Source: an uncultured Rhodopirellula sp. (lineage in GTDB: Bacteria; Planctomycetota; Planctomycetia; Pirellulales; Pirellulaceae). Taken from it: a stretch of DNA of 64,000 nucleotides. The stretch lies in the NCBI GenBank assembly GCA_964007735.1, contig CAXGAI010000010.1:62001-126000 (forward strand), written 5' to 3'. A program made the translations under genes and the position numbers. The notes under the pieces were generated by a model. It worked only from the letters and a program-made list of their open reading frames with translations. It did no database searches and was not told the DNA's origin. Positions 63,814 through 64,000 of this stretch are shown one piece after another. Every line of letters starts with the position of its first letter. Within the stretch, counting starts at the first letter, position 1.

Positions 63814-64000
63814 ATGGCTCAATCCGGTATTCAAAATCGACAACCCAAATCTCGGCTCACTTTAGAGCCGCATCAGGTTATCCTGCGTCCGCTGGTAACT
63901 GAGAAGGGAATTCACCGCAGTACGCGTCATCATCAGTATGCTTTCGAGGTTAATCCTCTGGCAGATAAGATTATGGTTCGTGAAGCGATTGAAGCGTTGT
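63814..64000 (+). CDS. rplW: 50S ribosomal protein L23 (partial, runs off the window end)
   Basis: Hand translation MAQSGIQNRQPKSRLTLEPHQVILRPLVTEKG...QYAFEVNPLADKIMVREAIEAL; follows rplD. Confidence 0.92.
   Translation, partial: MAQSGIQNRQPKSRLTLEPHQVILRPLVTEKGIHRSTRHHQYAFEVNPLADKIMVREAIEAL

Overview
Core-chromosome segment of a bacterium, inferred to be a planctomycete (Pirellulaceae-like) from the divergent EF-Tu switch I, the S12 and RpoB signatures and the gene order. No database search was possible. From left to right it contains: the 5' part of dnaE, an FHA protein and ilvN-ilvC; an ~8 kb block of secreted hydrolases next to the 3' end of tRNA-Arg(UCG); a mixed housekeeping and hypothetical region (cyclophilin, rsmD, radical SAM, panB, YyaL-like, DegT-like, MazG-like, larC, gap, M3 peptidase, TPR proteins, fxsA, MnmE-like GTPase, coaX, obgE, rpmA, LysM protein); an unusual multi-HTH sigma-70 factor; and the translation/transcription super-cluster (tRNA-Thr/Tyr/Gly/Thr, tuf, tRNA-Trp, secE, nusG, rplKAJL, rpoBC, rpsLG, a divergent fusA, rpsJ, rplCD and the start of rplW). 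I saw no CRISPR array, integrase, transposase or rRNA. The best candidates for new biology are the multi-HTH sigma factor with a ~180-nt rod-like leader RNA, a ~350-nt densely structured non-coding spacer between tRNA-Trp and secE, a sialate-O-acetylesterase/serine-hydrolase fusion, an EF-G lacking the domain IV translocation motifs behind a terminator, a truncated MnmE-like GTPase, and acidic tandem-repeat tails on NusG and L10. All RNA structures were paired by eye and need computational confirmation.
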